NCBI GenBank assembly: GCA_002633005.1
Contig: NMRA01000581.1
Location: forward strand, 200,787-264,786
From: Phoronis australis
Lineage: Eukaryota > Animalia > Phoronida
DNA length: 64,000 bases
Direction of reading: 5' to 3'
A program made the position numbers and the translations under genes. The notes under the pieces are model-generated. The model saw nothing but the letters and a program-made list of their open reading frames with translations, was not told where the DNA came from and did not search any database. Below are positions 50,845 through 64,000 of this stretch, one piece after another. How positions within the stretch are numbered: the stretch's first letter is position 1; the number at the start of each line of letters is the position of its first letter.

Positions 50845-53800
50845 CTAAAACAAAGAATACAGATCGGATGTCATATTCATTGTTATGTTAAAGTTTTGGG
50901 TAAAACATTTAGTAAGAGGTTGGGGTGAAACTGGAGCTCGTCTTCTTCGAATATGTTTTTCAGTTCAATGCGGTCATCTTTAAGAGGCAAGGCCATGTTT
51001 TGGATAGGATGTACCCCTGGCCGTGGCGGAGATAGTTACAGTCTCGTGCCTGCTGAGGGGATAGTATATTTTTTAAACCATAACTTTCGAGTAAACGGGC
51101 AGATGACAACACATGTAATCAGTTTTGCAACATTACCGTGACCTTCGCCACCAACCAGTAATTTTTTTACCTGTGGATAAGATACCACAGCTGAGTTTGT
51201 CTTCGCTAAACTCACCTTACAGTAACGGATTTTCGTCCTGACTTGGCGTTCGACCTGGGATGAAACTGGCGCTATTCCAGGGCACTCCAGTCCAAAAGGA
51301 GAAAAAAGGATTTACCACTTGCCACAGAACTCTTACTATGAATCAACTCTACTCAAAACATTTTCCTCAAATCGGAAAAACGTCTTTCTACGCACATGAA
51401 TTCCTTCCACGGAATAAAAGCCAAAACCACCGATCTACGACTTTCACCACGGACAAGTAGAAGAGTGTGCTAATTGGATACCAGAAACTGCTGTCATGTT
51501 GTCGAGAAAACTTTATTGTGGCAACATATATTTGACAACAGTGATTCATGAAACGTCCAGTGTTATTTTTATCGCAGTAAAACCTGTATCAAGCCTGATT
51601 TTGGATTAGAATTGTTAAGTTTGTAATACACATTTTTCCATTCTCAGGGTTAGAGGCTCTTTGCCTTGTGTTTGTGTGTTTTGACGGTCTGGTTGCTTTG
51701 TAGGTTGCGTCGAGATTCTCAAACGAGCATGTTATGGCATCTCTGTCCGTGACTATCATAAAACACAAAAATCATCTTCCAGTATGAGTACAATATCTGC
51801 CTATCAGCCTATCAGCTCCTTGGCCAAAATGAAAACTCAAAAAGCCGGTGGCCTCACCTTTGTTATACGTTTAATAATAACACATCATACTGCGACTCAC
51901 GTCGGTTACGTGTGCTAAGTAGTATCCGTGGTAAAAGTGCCAATGTGCTGTTTTATAACCTACCTATAATTGTTCTGTACTGCAGTGTTGGTTTAAACCG
52001 TATTCACAACGCCACTGGTTACCTTCACACACTGAAGAGACATAGTGGGGTATGGTCAAGTATGGCAAGCGAAGCACGTGACCACACTTGCTTCCTTAAC
52101 GAGAGTCTTGCGTCTGCGAAACTCTACCCTAGTTGATTTGTAAGTCGGAAATCATCATTTAGAACTAATCAGCTGTCTTAGCGGGTTAACGAGGCTAGGC
52201 CTTAGTGCAGCATCGCAATGGCAATTGTCTAAGCATGATGCACTTGATTTTTTTCAGCAGGATAAATTTGCTGCATAAAATTAACACAAAAGAAAACCCA
52301 GAAGCCACCAATCATAGCTTCTGCACACGTACTGTACCTGACTTCCGTTGCTGGTTTTGTCGGGTCAGCCGACAAAAGCTTCTAATTGATTTGTCAGCAA
52401 GACTCGTCAACGAGAACCAGTCAGGAGAGCTGACCGGTTTATTAGAATGTAAAAAACCTACTCGACGTGGTTCCTCCCATAGCCAGCCCTTGAACGGCGT
52501 AAACAGCGCCCAGCACATCGACGGTACGCACCCATGGCGTAATAATGACACAGCTGCCATAAAAAACCGTTGCCACAGCTAAAGCCAAGTCGTCATAGTG
52601 CGGGAACCGGTCCAAGAAGAACCCAGTTACGAGGGCGCCACCTGCTCGACATGGATGTAACAAAGATATGGCCTGAAAAACACAAACACTTTCTTTACGC
52701 GACTTGTCATAGTAATTTCCACAAACTTGAGTTTTCTCGCACGAAGTGCAAACGCAGCCGTCTGGACAGGGCTTTTTATACCTTAATTGGGTGTTAAGTG
52801 CTATTCTGTGGGTGGTCGGTGATCAACCACAGTAGAGATAGGAGTACATGTATGACATGATACGTGCACTAAACGGAACAATCTTTCTGTTTATAAGCAG
52901 AATGAAAGATTTTTAAAACTTAATGTGATGTTTTTATGCTTTTAGTTTCAGTCTCGCATATACGATACTGAGACGAGAGTTGTAAGAAAACGTTGTTTTA
53001 ACGCAAGCCGCCATATTTGAATAGATTCAGTTGTGATCATGAGCTTAGTTTTTATGCCACGTACTACATAAAATACAACACTGGCGACGAGGATGGCGAT
53101 GAAAATTCAGTACGACGCGTATAACGGAAAATACACAATTATCTGGAAAGGTTAAAACAATTTCTTCTGGCGTACACCGGACACGAACGGAAATGCTGTG
53201 AAGCGCAAAGCTGTATTATTAAGTAGTATCAGGGTGGACGTTTATCCGGTTTTAAAAGACCTTGCTTTTCCCGAATTTTCAGCGGAAAAATCATACAATG
53301 ATTAAACCAACAAAAATACTGATAGCAGAACGATGTAGATTTCACATGTTGACTCACAGGGAAGGATAATCGGTCGCAGATTTTGTCAGAGTACTAAGGA
53401 AAAGTGCACGGACATGTGAATTCGGGGACAATTTGAGAGATCGACTCATTTATAGTCTACTATCAGAATCGTGTAAAAAGAAGCTGCTGGCTAAGAACTT
53501 TTCGCTCGATGAAGCGGTAAAAGTGGCAATTGCACACGAAACAGCAACACACGACATGAAAGACATTCACACGACAACGATGCCACAACAGACAGAAAGA
53601 GACTCGGTCAATAAACTTACACGCAAAAACTTTCATAGGAATAAGCCGCCACAGTCTACGCAGAAACAGGGGCAGATGAAAAAGTGCCTGCGTTGTGCAA
53701 TCAAAAATCATGCACCGTCAGACTGCCATTACCGGAACACTAAGTGTTTTATTTGTCAAAAGGTGGGCCATTTGAAATCAGAATATAAGTAAGCTAAGGC

Positions 53801-56800
53801 TCATTACACAAGGGAAGATTTTGAAGACGAAAGTGAGCCCTCATTCCGTATTGATAGTTCTCCAGTTCCCCCTTCTAATGGTGTCAATCAAAGCAGAAGG
53901 GGTAGACATTCATTTCGAATTGGAATCGGGCGAAAGCTCATCATTTATTAGCTTTGCAAAATACCAAAAACATTTCAAGTACATTGTTTTGAAACCGAAA
54001 CAAACAAGTGTACACGGATATGCAGCTGCAAAGTTGAGTGTGGCTGGTGAAATTTACGTTGATGTGGAGCATAACGGTCAAACATTGTCATTACCCTTAA
54101 CGGTTGTGCACGCTAAACAACATGCNCCCCCCACCTATTGTTAGGACGATCACGGTTGAAACACTTGAAACTAGAGTGGCCTAGTCTGGTTACTACACAC
54201 GCAATTATGGAAGATTCCTTGGACGAATTCAAAGTCAAATACCCTGACGTCTTTAAAAAAGAACTAGATACGGTGAAAAGTGTACGAGCTTCATTGCGGT
54301 TACATGAAGACACACGTACCACCCCTGTATTTTTGAGAGCACGTACGGTTCCTTTCGCTCTACGCAACGCGGTGGAAAACAAGTTAGTTCGCATGGAAAA
54401 CGAAGGTATTATCCGTAGGACAAACTATAGTGAATGGGCAACACCTCTCGTTTGTGTTCCCAAGCTGGACGGTACACTACGTTTGTGCGGAGATTATAAG
54501 GTTACCGTGAACAAAGCGATTAAGGTTGACCAGTTCCCGATACCGACTCCTGAAGAAGTTTTCACCAAATTGGCTGGAGGACAACAGTACTCGAAAATCG
54601 ACTTGGTGTGCGCGTATCAGCAACTGTTGCTTGACGATCAAGCAAAAAGCTTAGTGACAATGAACACTCACAAGGGTCTGTTTGCGTACAATAAACTCCC
54701 TTTTGGTATCGCGTCGCACCCTGCCATTTGGCAGCGTTTCATGGACCAGGTTCTAGCCGGTTTCACTCGAACTTGCGGTATCATGGACGATATATTAGTA
54801 ATTGGTAAAGATGACAAAGAACATTTGCATTTGCATAACTTGCACAACTTATTCGCTCGGTTCAGGCGTCAAAGCCGACATGTGTAGCCTCATGCAACCA
54901 AGTGAGGTATACATGTGCAGAAGAATTACCAGAAAGGGGCTCCAAACCACACACGACAAGGTGGAAGTGATTTATAAAGCTCCATCCCCGCGAAACGTAA
55001 CCGAACTTCGGTCATGGCTTGAAATAGTTAATTTCCAATCGCAATTTATTCCGAACTTATCATCAATGATTCATCCCCTCAACACGCTTTTTGGGGAAGG
55101 TTCCATTTAAATGGACAAACTCGTGCGAAGAGGCATTTGATAAGTTCAAGGTCACATTAACGTCAAAAACCATCTTAGTACACTGCAGTCCATCATTGCC
55201 TCTAGAGTTGGTCGTGGATGCATCTCCGTACGGACTCGGTGTGGCTCTCGTACACGTCTAAGACAATGATGTGAGTAAACCTGTTGCTTACGCCTCACGC
55301 ACGTTGGGTAAGCACGAATAAGGTTATGCTCAGTTGGATAAGGAAGATTTGTCCATCATGTTTGAGTTGAAGCGCTTCCATACGTACCTCTACGGACGAA
55401 AGTTCACCATCTGTATTGATCGGAATCCCCTGGAACGAATCCTTAGTCCGAAAACGTCAATACCGACGCTCGCAGCGCACCGTTTGCAACGATGGGCAGT
55501 AACATTGTTCGAATTCAGCTACAGTGTATGTCATACGTTACATTCCGGCGAAGCAGAATGCTATCGCGGACGCTTTGTCTTGTTAGCCTCTACCGTCGGT
55601 GAGGGGAGATGAAGAAGAGATCAACTCCGTTGAATCAAAGATTATTGAAAGCCTTTCAGTTACATGTAAGGAGATCAGTAAGGCTACGCGTACTAATCCA
55701 CTGCTATCTCGAGTTCTAAAATTTATGAAATTTGGGTGGCGTAGCGGTTTGGCAGACAAGGATCTTGAGCCGTTCCTGTCACGTCGTCAAGAGCTTACGG
55801 TAGAGAATGACTGCATCTTATGGGAAATGCGCGTCATCATTCCACCTAAGTACCAACAAGCCGTACTCGAGGAACTGCACGATTCTCATGTGGGTATTGT
55901 CCGCATGAAGGAGATAGCGAGGAGTTTTGTGTGGTGGATAAACATAGATAAGAATATCATTAATCTTGTGAAACTTGTCATTTGCGGCAGCAGGTTAGGA
56001 ATTTGCCTGCTGTTGCCCCTCTGATGCCTTGGGTGTGGCACAGAGTGCATGCAGATTTCCCTGAAAAAGATGGAAATCATTTCCTAGTGATCACTGATGC
56101 TCACTCAATGTGGCCGGAAATTATAAATATGAAAAGCACTACCGCAGGTTCCACTATTTGTGAATTGCATGAGTTGTTTAGCAAGTACGGGCTTCCAGTC
56201 CAATTAGTCAGCGATAACAGGCCACAGTTTATAAGTAATGAGTTTCAACACTTTTTGAAAGTCAACGCAGTGAAACAAGTGTTAGTGGCACCATGCCATG
56301 CGGCTAGCAATGGTGCAGCAGAAAGAATGGTGCAATCTTTCAAAAATTCACTGAAGGCGAGTAAGTTTAGTGGAAGGTCGGTTGATCAACGTATCGCGAG
56401 TTTCCTCTTGTCATACCGATCTACAAAACATGCCACCACGGGTCTTTCACCAGCACAGTTGTTCCTCGGACGCGAACTCAGAACACGTTTATCTGCAATT
56501 CGACCAGATATCGAAACCAAAGTTTCGCATAGCCAGCTGTCGCAAAAGTTGAATCACGACTCCAAGATGGGACTTCGTGAATTCATGATAGGTGAGGAAG
56601 TGTTTGTGAAAGATTTCTATGTGAAGGAGAAATGATGGCCTGGTACTGTTATCGCGGAAAGATCAGGTCCTAAGTCGTACGTGGTGTTATTAAGTGACGC
56701 AAGAGAGTGGAAAAGGCACATAGATCAGATGAGGTTGTCTCGTCATGGCGTGAAACCAAAGATTGTGGCTAAGCCGGCATCAGAGTCGGATACAAAATCT

Positions 56801-59800
56801 GCTATATTGCCACAACCGGATAATGATCTAGTGCCGGAAGTTAGCCCGGAATCGCAGGATCCATCGTCTACGGACACGATGTCTGAACCGTCATCTGGTG
56901 TTCCGCATACACCAGATAAGAGTGAACCAAGTGACACTTTGATCATCCCAGAACCGATGCCGCCTCCGACCGATAAGTAGAATATTTCTCAGCAACCCGA
57001 TAAGATGACTCAATCGCTTAGAAGATCGACTCGGACACACCGGAGTCCAAAACGTTTGGATTCGGGATTGTAGTTAAGACATTTACCAGTAGTAATAGTA
57101 ACTATCACTTATTCACCTAAGAACTCTTAGCAAAGACTCTTGCTTAACATACCAAACTTTGTTTTACACCCGGGTTATTTGACGATGTAGTTTCTTTTAA
57201 GCTATCGTTGAAGTAGTTTCTTATTTTAGCTGGCACTCCATTTCTTCAACTAGGAGGGAGGAGTGTGAGGTTTTTATGCCTTTAGTTTTGGTCTCGCATA
57301 TACGATACTTAGACGAGAGTTGTAAGAAAGCGTTGTTGTAACGCAAGCGGCCATATTGGAATAGATTTAGATTTTATCATAAGCTGAGTTTTTATATGCC
57401 TCGTACTACATAAAATATAACACTAAAAAGAGATGGGGTACTTAAGTCTGACTAACTGGTTTACAACGTGGTCTGAGATACAGCAACATATAGAAAATGC
57501 ACAATTACATGTTTATTCTACTCGGGATACTACTGTAGCCTCACCTGCGACATGCCTTCGTAGTTCGTATTCACTCTCTCAATCAGATCAAGCATCGAAG
57601 TACCCAAAATCTTTGAGGTCATACCCTGAAGTAAAACATTTTGATCCTGGCATATTGTAAATCACAGCACTGAAATACAGTAATAGGGTGGAATCAGTTT
57701 CGACAATGAAGACGTGATTTGCTATTTATGGTTAAAGAGATTGGCTAAAACGTGTCATTTTCAACACAACAAATTACGATACTAATGTAAAACATTTTCA
57801 GTCCTGCTGTGTCACACAGCGTAGTGAACAAAGATTATGTAAATAACTTCACAATGAATAAAATGTATTAAAGGACGTGAAAAAATGAATATTGTATAAC
57901 CAATTTCAAGCTCCCTACGGATTTCATCAAAAACAATATTTTTACCCATGTAAAATCTACCGAGGCTTTTCATAACATACAGTACTTCAGTGAAACTAAA
58001 CCAGCCTTAATTATTCAATATCACGCGCGGATTGCAGTTGGTAAGGACACACTTTCTGACAGAAGGGCTTATTCAAAAAATGGAAGGCCGGGCGAGAAAT
58101 GGTAAAGACGGGGTTGTTAAAGTACGTTACTGTTTCATCTATTAGTACGCCATTACAAAAATCACTGCGGATCGATGTATTGAATGCGGGCAGGACCATG
58201 ATTTTTTGTGAAAGTCCTAGATTTTCGTGAGGCAGTGCGGCAGCACGTCTCCAGTAAATTACTGTGGCAGAAAAATGGATTGAATTTTTGGCTGTTTCAT
58301 GCGATGCTAGAATAACATTCAATTACGCGATCTGAAACCGGAAAAGAAACGAAGGCCCGTCCTTCTCATACGTTTTAAAGAAACTTATTTAGCGTGGAAT
58401 TTAATGTCATGTGCTTTCGTGCAAGGGTACATGTTGAGTTAACCACTGTGTACGTAAAGTGCAAGCGACGCGATAATATCATCCAATAACGGGATCTGAT
58501 ACTGCACAATGAAAAGAAAGCCCATAATCCCCACTGGAAAGGACACCACTCTTCCCATTTCCTTTATTCTTCCCATTTTAAGCCCATCTGAAGGTCATAG
58601 TTCCCATCGGTAGTATGAGCTCCACATTGGATAATAAAGCGTGTAAATGCTTCAGCAGTCAACAAATGCTGGACGTGCAAAGCAGTGTCCCGTGGGTTTT
58701 ATTCACGATCATTATACTATTTGTGAAAACGACAGAATGCACAACGCACTAAATGTGTTTTCAAAATATTTAATGGAATCTATTTCCAACGCAGGTGATC
58801 AAGAAATGTAAAAGCCCTTTCTAAGCATACGATTGTCGCATTCGACACGTGGCCGGCATTGACAGATATTCGGATGCATTACGGCGTTTTCCCGTTGCTC
58901 CCAACTTGTTCGATTCTATAGCCCAACAACTAGTTGGGAAGTTTACCCCTGTAGCCAATATCTTACACGACTGATTAACTCCATTCTGGCATTTATGGTT
59001 GGATCGCCAGCTCTCTTTTGTTCGATAATTGCTCTAATCTCCAAGAAGATCGTATCTAGCCTGACTGGGCTGTGCTGTTAAAAATATAAGTTAAGTTATA
59101 ACATATTTGAACATAAACCAATAGCATTTCTGAAATTTTCATCAAATGGTGATCATGTTCAGTTCTTAAATCGACAAAATCGCCAAAATCGCCCAACTGC
59201 AACCGAAGTTACGACAATCTATTCTTTCCGAATACACCAGTTCACTCTGAGTTTGACTGTGTTCACACGAGGTCTGTAATAAGCCTGGTAAATAATTGGC
59301 CTGCTTGTTGTCCTAACAGACAAAAGAGTTTGCTTGGCATTTAACAAACAAGCTAGATGTTATCACACGCTCACAACACCCTACGTCTGGTAAAGTCACT
59401 GAACGGGAAAACGCTGTCATGTTTAGTCATGACCTTTCTGCTACAAATATGACGCGATTTGAACTAATAAACAGGAATATGAATTCATACTCACATCACA
59501 TTTTCAACATCTTTGGATGTTTTGGATTTTTTTGCTTTTCACGTAACAATGGGGGAAATTTAGAAATTGAAATTTTTACAAAAATACATATTCCAATTAA
59601 TCGGTGTGCCAAGACAACGGTTGCACATATTGTATAATCTCAGTGAGATGAAAAGTATGGCGATTGACCAGTTCCATAGCTAGGAAAATCTGGCCTGATT
59701 GTTGTTAAGTTTTAATTTTGGCATCTTAATATTATTTCACGGGACCAGCAAGTCAAAATAACGTCTTGCTAAACAGGCGATCGTCGCCTGGGCGACAGCA

Positions 59801-60069
59801 TGCGTCGATGTTCACAGCATTTGTTGCCGCAATCACAATTTGTTGTTCTCTGGGGGACAATATATATGTCACAGCAGCCCTGATTGACCTACAACATCTC
59901 GCAAAAATTTATAACTTACAACGCAGGCGTATACGACAAAGAGAACAGCGGTCTTGGAGTAACGATATCTTTTGGAAAGGTGGTAATCCCTGGTTTCTTT
60001 GACTTCGTCCTTTTGTGACGTTAAGTCTTTGGTAATGTTTCCATTGACATCTGCATTTGAGTTTGCCAT
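49802..60069 (-). CDS. MFSD4/NaGLT1-like MFS transporter copy C, 494 aa (exons 60069-59920, 57625-57545, 52672-52462, 50844-49802)
   Basis: Canonical splice sites give an in-frame 1485-nt CDS highly similar to copy B. An in-frame upstream ATG at 60099 would add 10 aa. Confidence 0.9.
52462..52672 (-). CDS. Copy C exon 3 (211 nt)
   Basis: tttcag|AISLLHPCRAGGALVTGFFLDRFP...GGTTS A|gtaggt. Confidence 0.9.
52924..53080 (+). repeat. 5' LTR (157 bp)
   Basis: TGTGATGTTTTTATG...TAAAATACAACA, followed by the PBS. Confidence 0.92.
53094..57072 (+). pseudogene. Gypsy gag-pol with multiple stops and frameshifts
   Basis: CLRCAIKNHAPSDC and CFICQKVGH knuckles, decayed protease LESG, RT WATPLVCVPK/RLCGDYK/IMDD, RNase H DASPYG, integrase LHDSH..ARSFVWW, SDNRPQF and SNGAAER. 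Confidence 0.92.
57264..57422 (+). repeat. 3' LTR (159 bp)
   Basis: TGTGAGGTTTTTATG...TAAAATATAACA, preceded by the PPT. Confidence 0.92.
57545..57625 (-). CDS. Copy C exon 2 (81 nt)
   Basis: cttcag|GMTSKILGTSMLDLIERVNTNYEGMSQ|gtgagg. Confidence 0.88.
59920..60069 (-). CDS. Copy C exon 1 (150 nt)
   Basis: MANSNADVNGNITK...YRYSKTAVLFVVYACV|gtaagt. Confidence 0.88.
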
Positions 60070-60451
60070 CGTGTCAGTCGGTCTGAAACTGTCAGCCATG
60101 ACGTTTCTAGGGCCCAAGACTGAGGTGGAGGGTTCAACGTGAACGCAAAGATTTTATAGCTAATCGAGAGGTCAAGTGACAACTCTAGGCCTCTTTTAAC
60201 GCATGAACCCAAACTATTATATCAATTGTAAGTGTGATATTTGATAAACACACTCTGTCGGTAACAAGGATTACTTCTCAAGGGACAATGACCTCCTTTA
60301 ATCAACTTATTCAGTTCTTGAAACTCAGCGGTTTATATCGTTGTTATATGAAAGATCTGAAGATATTTAGTCGCTGCAACCGGGTTAAAATAATTAATTG
60401 GTTCAGTTTAGACGATTTTTTGTATGGGCATCTGTCATCAGTTGCCATGTC

Positions 60452-60613
60452 CAGAGGCGGATTTAAATGGGGGCCAAGGGGGCCATGACCCCTAAAATTC
60501 TCCCAGACTCCATTAGGCAATTCTGGGGTGCGAATGTCTGACGGGCAAAATCCTGGCTAATACTCTGCCCTGCCCTGCCCCCCCCCCAACTCAAAATCGT
60601 GGAACCGCTCCTG
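60452..60613. mobile_element. Short hAT-like MITE
   Basis: CAGAGGCGGATT...GGAACCGCTCCTG inverted ends with G/C-rich subtermini. Confidence 0.5.
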
Positions 60614-62171
60614 ATGTCTCCTAAACCTCTTTGCAGGTCTTCATTAGATTTGGTAAATGTGTTTCTATGAAGCTGACGCCAAACGGTGACTTGATTAGGA
60701 ACGATGCGACCACCACCGCGCCTCCTAGAGGCAATTTATGTTGTTTTCATTTGCTTTTGTATCCTTGTGATTACTTGACGAAGAATTTTTTCATGAAGTT
60801 TGGAAAATTTGGAAAATATGTTTTATCAAAAAGTGGAGGACGCTTTCAGATTTTTGTCCGGATTCGGGGTATTCCGCGCCACCTGGTATCCATTTTCATT
60901 ATTTTCGAGTCCTGTCCTCCCTCCCGACTCTCCATCTGACATAGTGTTTGACGGATTGTTAGGGATATTGGTAGATGTGTTAGTACTGAAGAGAACACGG
61001 CTGGCTTTGCTGATTGAACGAGTCGCTCTTTTATGATGCCCCGCAGTTTCAAACATCCTTGTAGGCATATCGTTTGCTGTGCAGTACCGTAGACGTATTT
61101 CAATGCTTTCCGATGCTCTCAATGTTATGAGTGACCTAAAAATCCGAGTAAAGTTTGGTAATATCACGCAAGATAACGCTTTAGCAAGACGTAGACATTG
61201 TCACACTTCCACAATTGCCGCAGTTAAACTTACTTTAAACAGGCAATGTTTCTCTGCGGCCAGTTCAATCATCAGCATGATGACGTTATCTCAGCACGTT
61301 GAATACTTTAGTTTTAAAAACAACCATTTCCACCGATTGCTCAACTGGGCTTCCCGTCCTTATGCCGGAGACGAATCTCTTCTATGTTGGCAGCTACTGG
61401 AAGGTTTCATCTCGTGAGACATTTCCTCCCACTGATGTCGCTGATCTAATTCTTGGTGGATCAGTCTTCTCCGCATGCAAGGAGGAATGCTGGCTAAGAA
61501 TTGGTTGTCCGTGACAAAGTTTCGCTGCCTCTATGGATGCTGTGAGGCCATTGATACTGTGGTTGTCTACCTGGATATTTTCCTCCACCGTCTTACTAGA
61601 AGTGCTCCTGACAGCTCCTAATCCTTATCCCTAAAGTCATTTCATGATTCCCTGATGGATTTCACTCTTCCCTGGCTCTTCCGAACCTTGCCACAAACGT
61701 TACATATATTCGTTGTAGTGTTGTTACCGTTTGTAATCTTTCATTGGGTTCATCTCCAATCCCCCCAATCGGAGAACCCTCTTGTTACGCTTCCTTGTGG
61801 TTACTAGCAGCAAAAATAAAGGGTATCCTCTCATGGAGAACCCCGGTATTGGACAGCTAAGTCTTCCAACCCGTCGGTCTTTCCTTGACGTCATTCGTCT
61901 TTCCGTACGTCACTCGTCTCTCCGAGTCACTGGACTTCATCAGATCTTAGACGTTCTTTGAACAGGTGATGTTTCTCTGCTCCCCCGTCAATCATCAGCA
62001 ATATGACATCTTCTCAGTATGTTTCGGCCTTTTACTTCACACGCTCCAACCTTAGACTTCCGAAGTTGATCAAGCTCTGGTTTCACGAGGATTCTGTCAC
62101 TAATTGGTCTTCTAGAACCACCTCCACTATCCGTTGCAGCAGCTACTGACTTCATCGCGTACGTCCTTGCA

Positions 62172-62628
62172 TCAGCAAAAATGGTGCGTTTTTATGACAA
62201 AAGAGTGAACATTGTACTCATACAGACTGGTTATGACAAATGCAAAGATTCCTCGTGCTTGGTCAGTAAGTGGTACATGCCAATAACCTTTTAACAAATC
62301 AATCTTGGTGGTGAAGAATGTGACACCTTCAGTTTTTGGTATGAATACAATGAATTGGAAATGAATCTGTCTTGGCAATAGCATTTACTTTACGGTAATC
62401 GGTGCAAAACCTTATGCTGGCATCATGCTCAGGCACAAGAACACAAGGTGAGGAACAAATGTACGGGATTACTAAGCCCTGATATATAAATATTAATTCT
62501 CCCATATGTGATCGCCGCCTAGTGTCTACGTCAGACAACTTGGCATCAGTGTTCTCAAGAACTTCACAGAAGGTCAATTTAAAAGGGTCCACCTCAGGTT
62601 TAAAAGTGATGTTCACCGCGGTCTTCAT
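62172..62628 (-). mobile_element. Gypsy reverse-transcriptase fragment (second family)
   Basis: SSPCVLVP...IRFCTDYRKVNAIAKTDSFPI, then TKIDLLKGYWHVPLT after a frameshift. Confidence 0.85.
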
Positions 62629-64000
62629 TATTCCTCATAATCACAAATTCAATGGGATGGTTGCTATTAATCCAAAGGTTTCTCAAGAACAAGATAAAAA
62701 GTCAACTGCGATTAAGCAGTAGCCAGTCAGGCGATTGTGTTCCGTCGGTCTAGATCCTAATTTTCTGTACAGTGTTTAAAGTACATGTATATAAAATTAT
62801 ACTAACTCAAGATTGGATTTTCACAAGTAAAGGATTTCTACACAAAGCACACATGAATATCTGTATTCAGATCCGATTTTTTTTTGCTTAACCAAATGTT
62901 AAAGTCTCGTGTAAGCTCAGTGTGAGCCTAATTGCTAGATGACGTGGTCACGGTGAGGTCGATGTTAACTACCTAGTCACTGTTAAAGTTACATGTTTTG
63001 AACTCCAGGTAGTAAATTTAGAACCTTGCGGAAAGACGTCCGCACACTCTAATTGGTCTTTTAATCTTGCTGCCGTGCTACGCTTGTCACCAAAGATGAC
63101 ACAGTGTTCTCTAACAATAATGAAACGTCAGTTTTTTGCGAGATTCAAAACTACATTTCATGAGGTAAAGATGAGACCGTTTTTACAGCGGTAACTAGTC
63201 TAAATCAAAAATTAGTTTATCGACTGAACGCGAGAGAATAGCCGTGTCAGAATAAATTTCGAGTATGTTATTAGTAGAGTAACTTCCGTTTAAGTTGTCC
63301 AAAATTTGTCCATGTGTACTTTTAAAACCATGAGGTCAAGCATGTTCACTTGTACATGTATTTTGATATAAATATCTATTCTTAGACGTTTTTTACCTTT
63401 TTGGTTCCGGGGTCAGTGCACTGTAAGGATTCTAGAAATTTCTGAAATCAGATCGTAACAGTCATTGATATGATTAAATAAGATCATTGAGTTTCTATTA
63501 ACCAATCGTTAAGAAAGTGCATTATTGTACTTTGGGCAGAAGTCTGGAAAATAGACAGATGGAATTTGGGAGTTGAAGCTATAGGACTTGCTTCAGTGTA
63601 CAGAAGAATTTGTACAACAGAGCCATACCGTGGATTTGGGGGATAGAGAGGCGGCGATAAAAACATAAACAATACGAAAGGGCCAACAAGTGAAGCGAAA
63701 TTCGTCGTGTCTGTCCGAAAATTTGAAGGGGTTGTCGTCTCTTTAATAGTAAAATCTTTGCCATTTTTAATGAAAATCCATCAGGGATCTCCAAAGGTAC
63801 ATTGGCAAAAGTAAAATTGCCTCTAATGGTAGAGCGATACTTTGATCGGCGTAGAATTCGTCGTCGTCTGTCGACAGCTTCATATGGACACATATGCAGG
63901 CCATTTACGAGGTACAGCAGCGGAAGCAGGACTTCCGGACTGACATGACGACAATACGCACCCACGTGTAAATAAGTGGGCACAAAAAAGGCCGTCTTTA

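Larger units (their letters stand above)
52924..57422 (+). mobile_element. Full-length degenerate Ty3/Gypsy LTR retrotransposon (Mag-like) in intron 2 of copy C
   Basis: TG...CA LTRs, PBS TGGCGACGAGGATGG (complementary to the tRNA-Ser(GCU) 3' end), PPT AGGAGGGAGGAG before the 3' LTR, and flanks CTTAA/CTAAA. Domain order gag (two CCHC)-PR-RT-RH-IN. Confidence 0.95.

Noticed and set aside
61250-62160. Two related blocks (~61260-61420 and ~61975-62150), possibly Gypsy gag remnants
   Set aside because: Similarity is visible but too decayed to assign by eye.

Overview
AT-rich, intron-containing animal genomic DNA, probably a marine invertebrate (inference from GT-AG introns, metazoan transposon families and strong TACATGTA enrichment). 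The backbone is a minus-strand tandem array of three MFS transporter genes of the MFSD4/NaGLT1 (sodium-dependent glucose transporter 1-like) family. All three share one 4-exon plan (150/81/211/~1000 nt). Copy A (22724-30555) has a premature stop and a frameshift. Copies B (34967-47149) and C (49802-60069) splice into intact ORFs of 482 and 494 aa. Upstream-region homology predicts a fourth copy starting just left of the window. Intergenic and intronic space holds many mostly decayed mobile elements: a Sola3 element nested in a MITE, two THAP-bearing DNA transposon remnants, CR1/L2-type and L1/Tx1-type LINEs, a full-length degenerate Mag-clade Gypsy element, and several MITEs. The standout is a small intronless, non-histone PHD-finger ORF (12753-13070, minus). 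It ends in two tandem canonical histone-mRNA 3' stem-loops plus an HDE-like purine tract, and is preceded by E2F and CCAAT motifs, which suggests a gene using the replication-dependent histone mRNA pathway. All coordinates and alignments were read by eye; no database searches were run.
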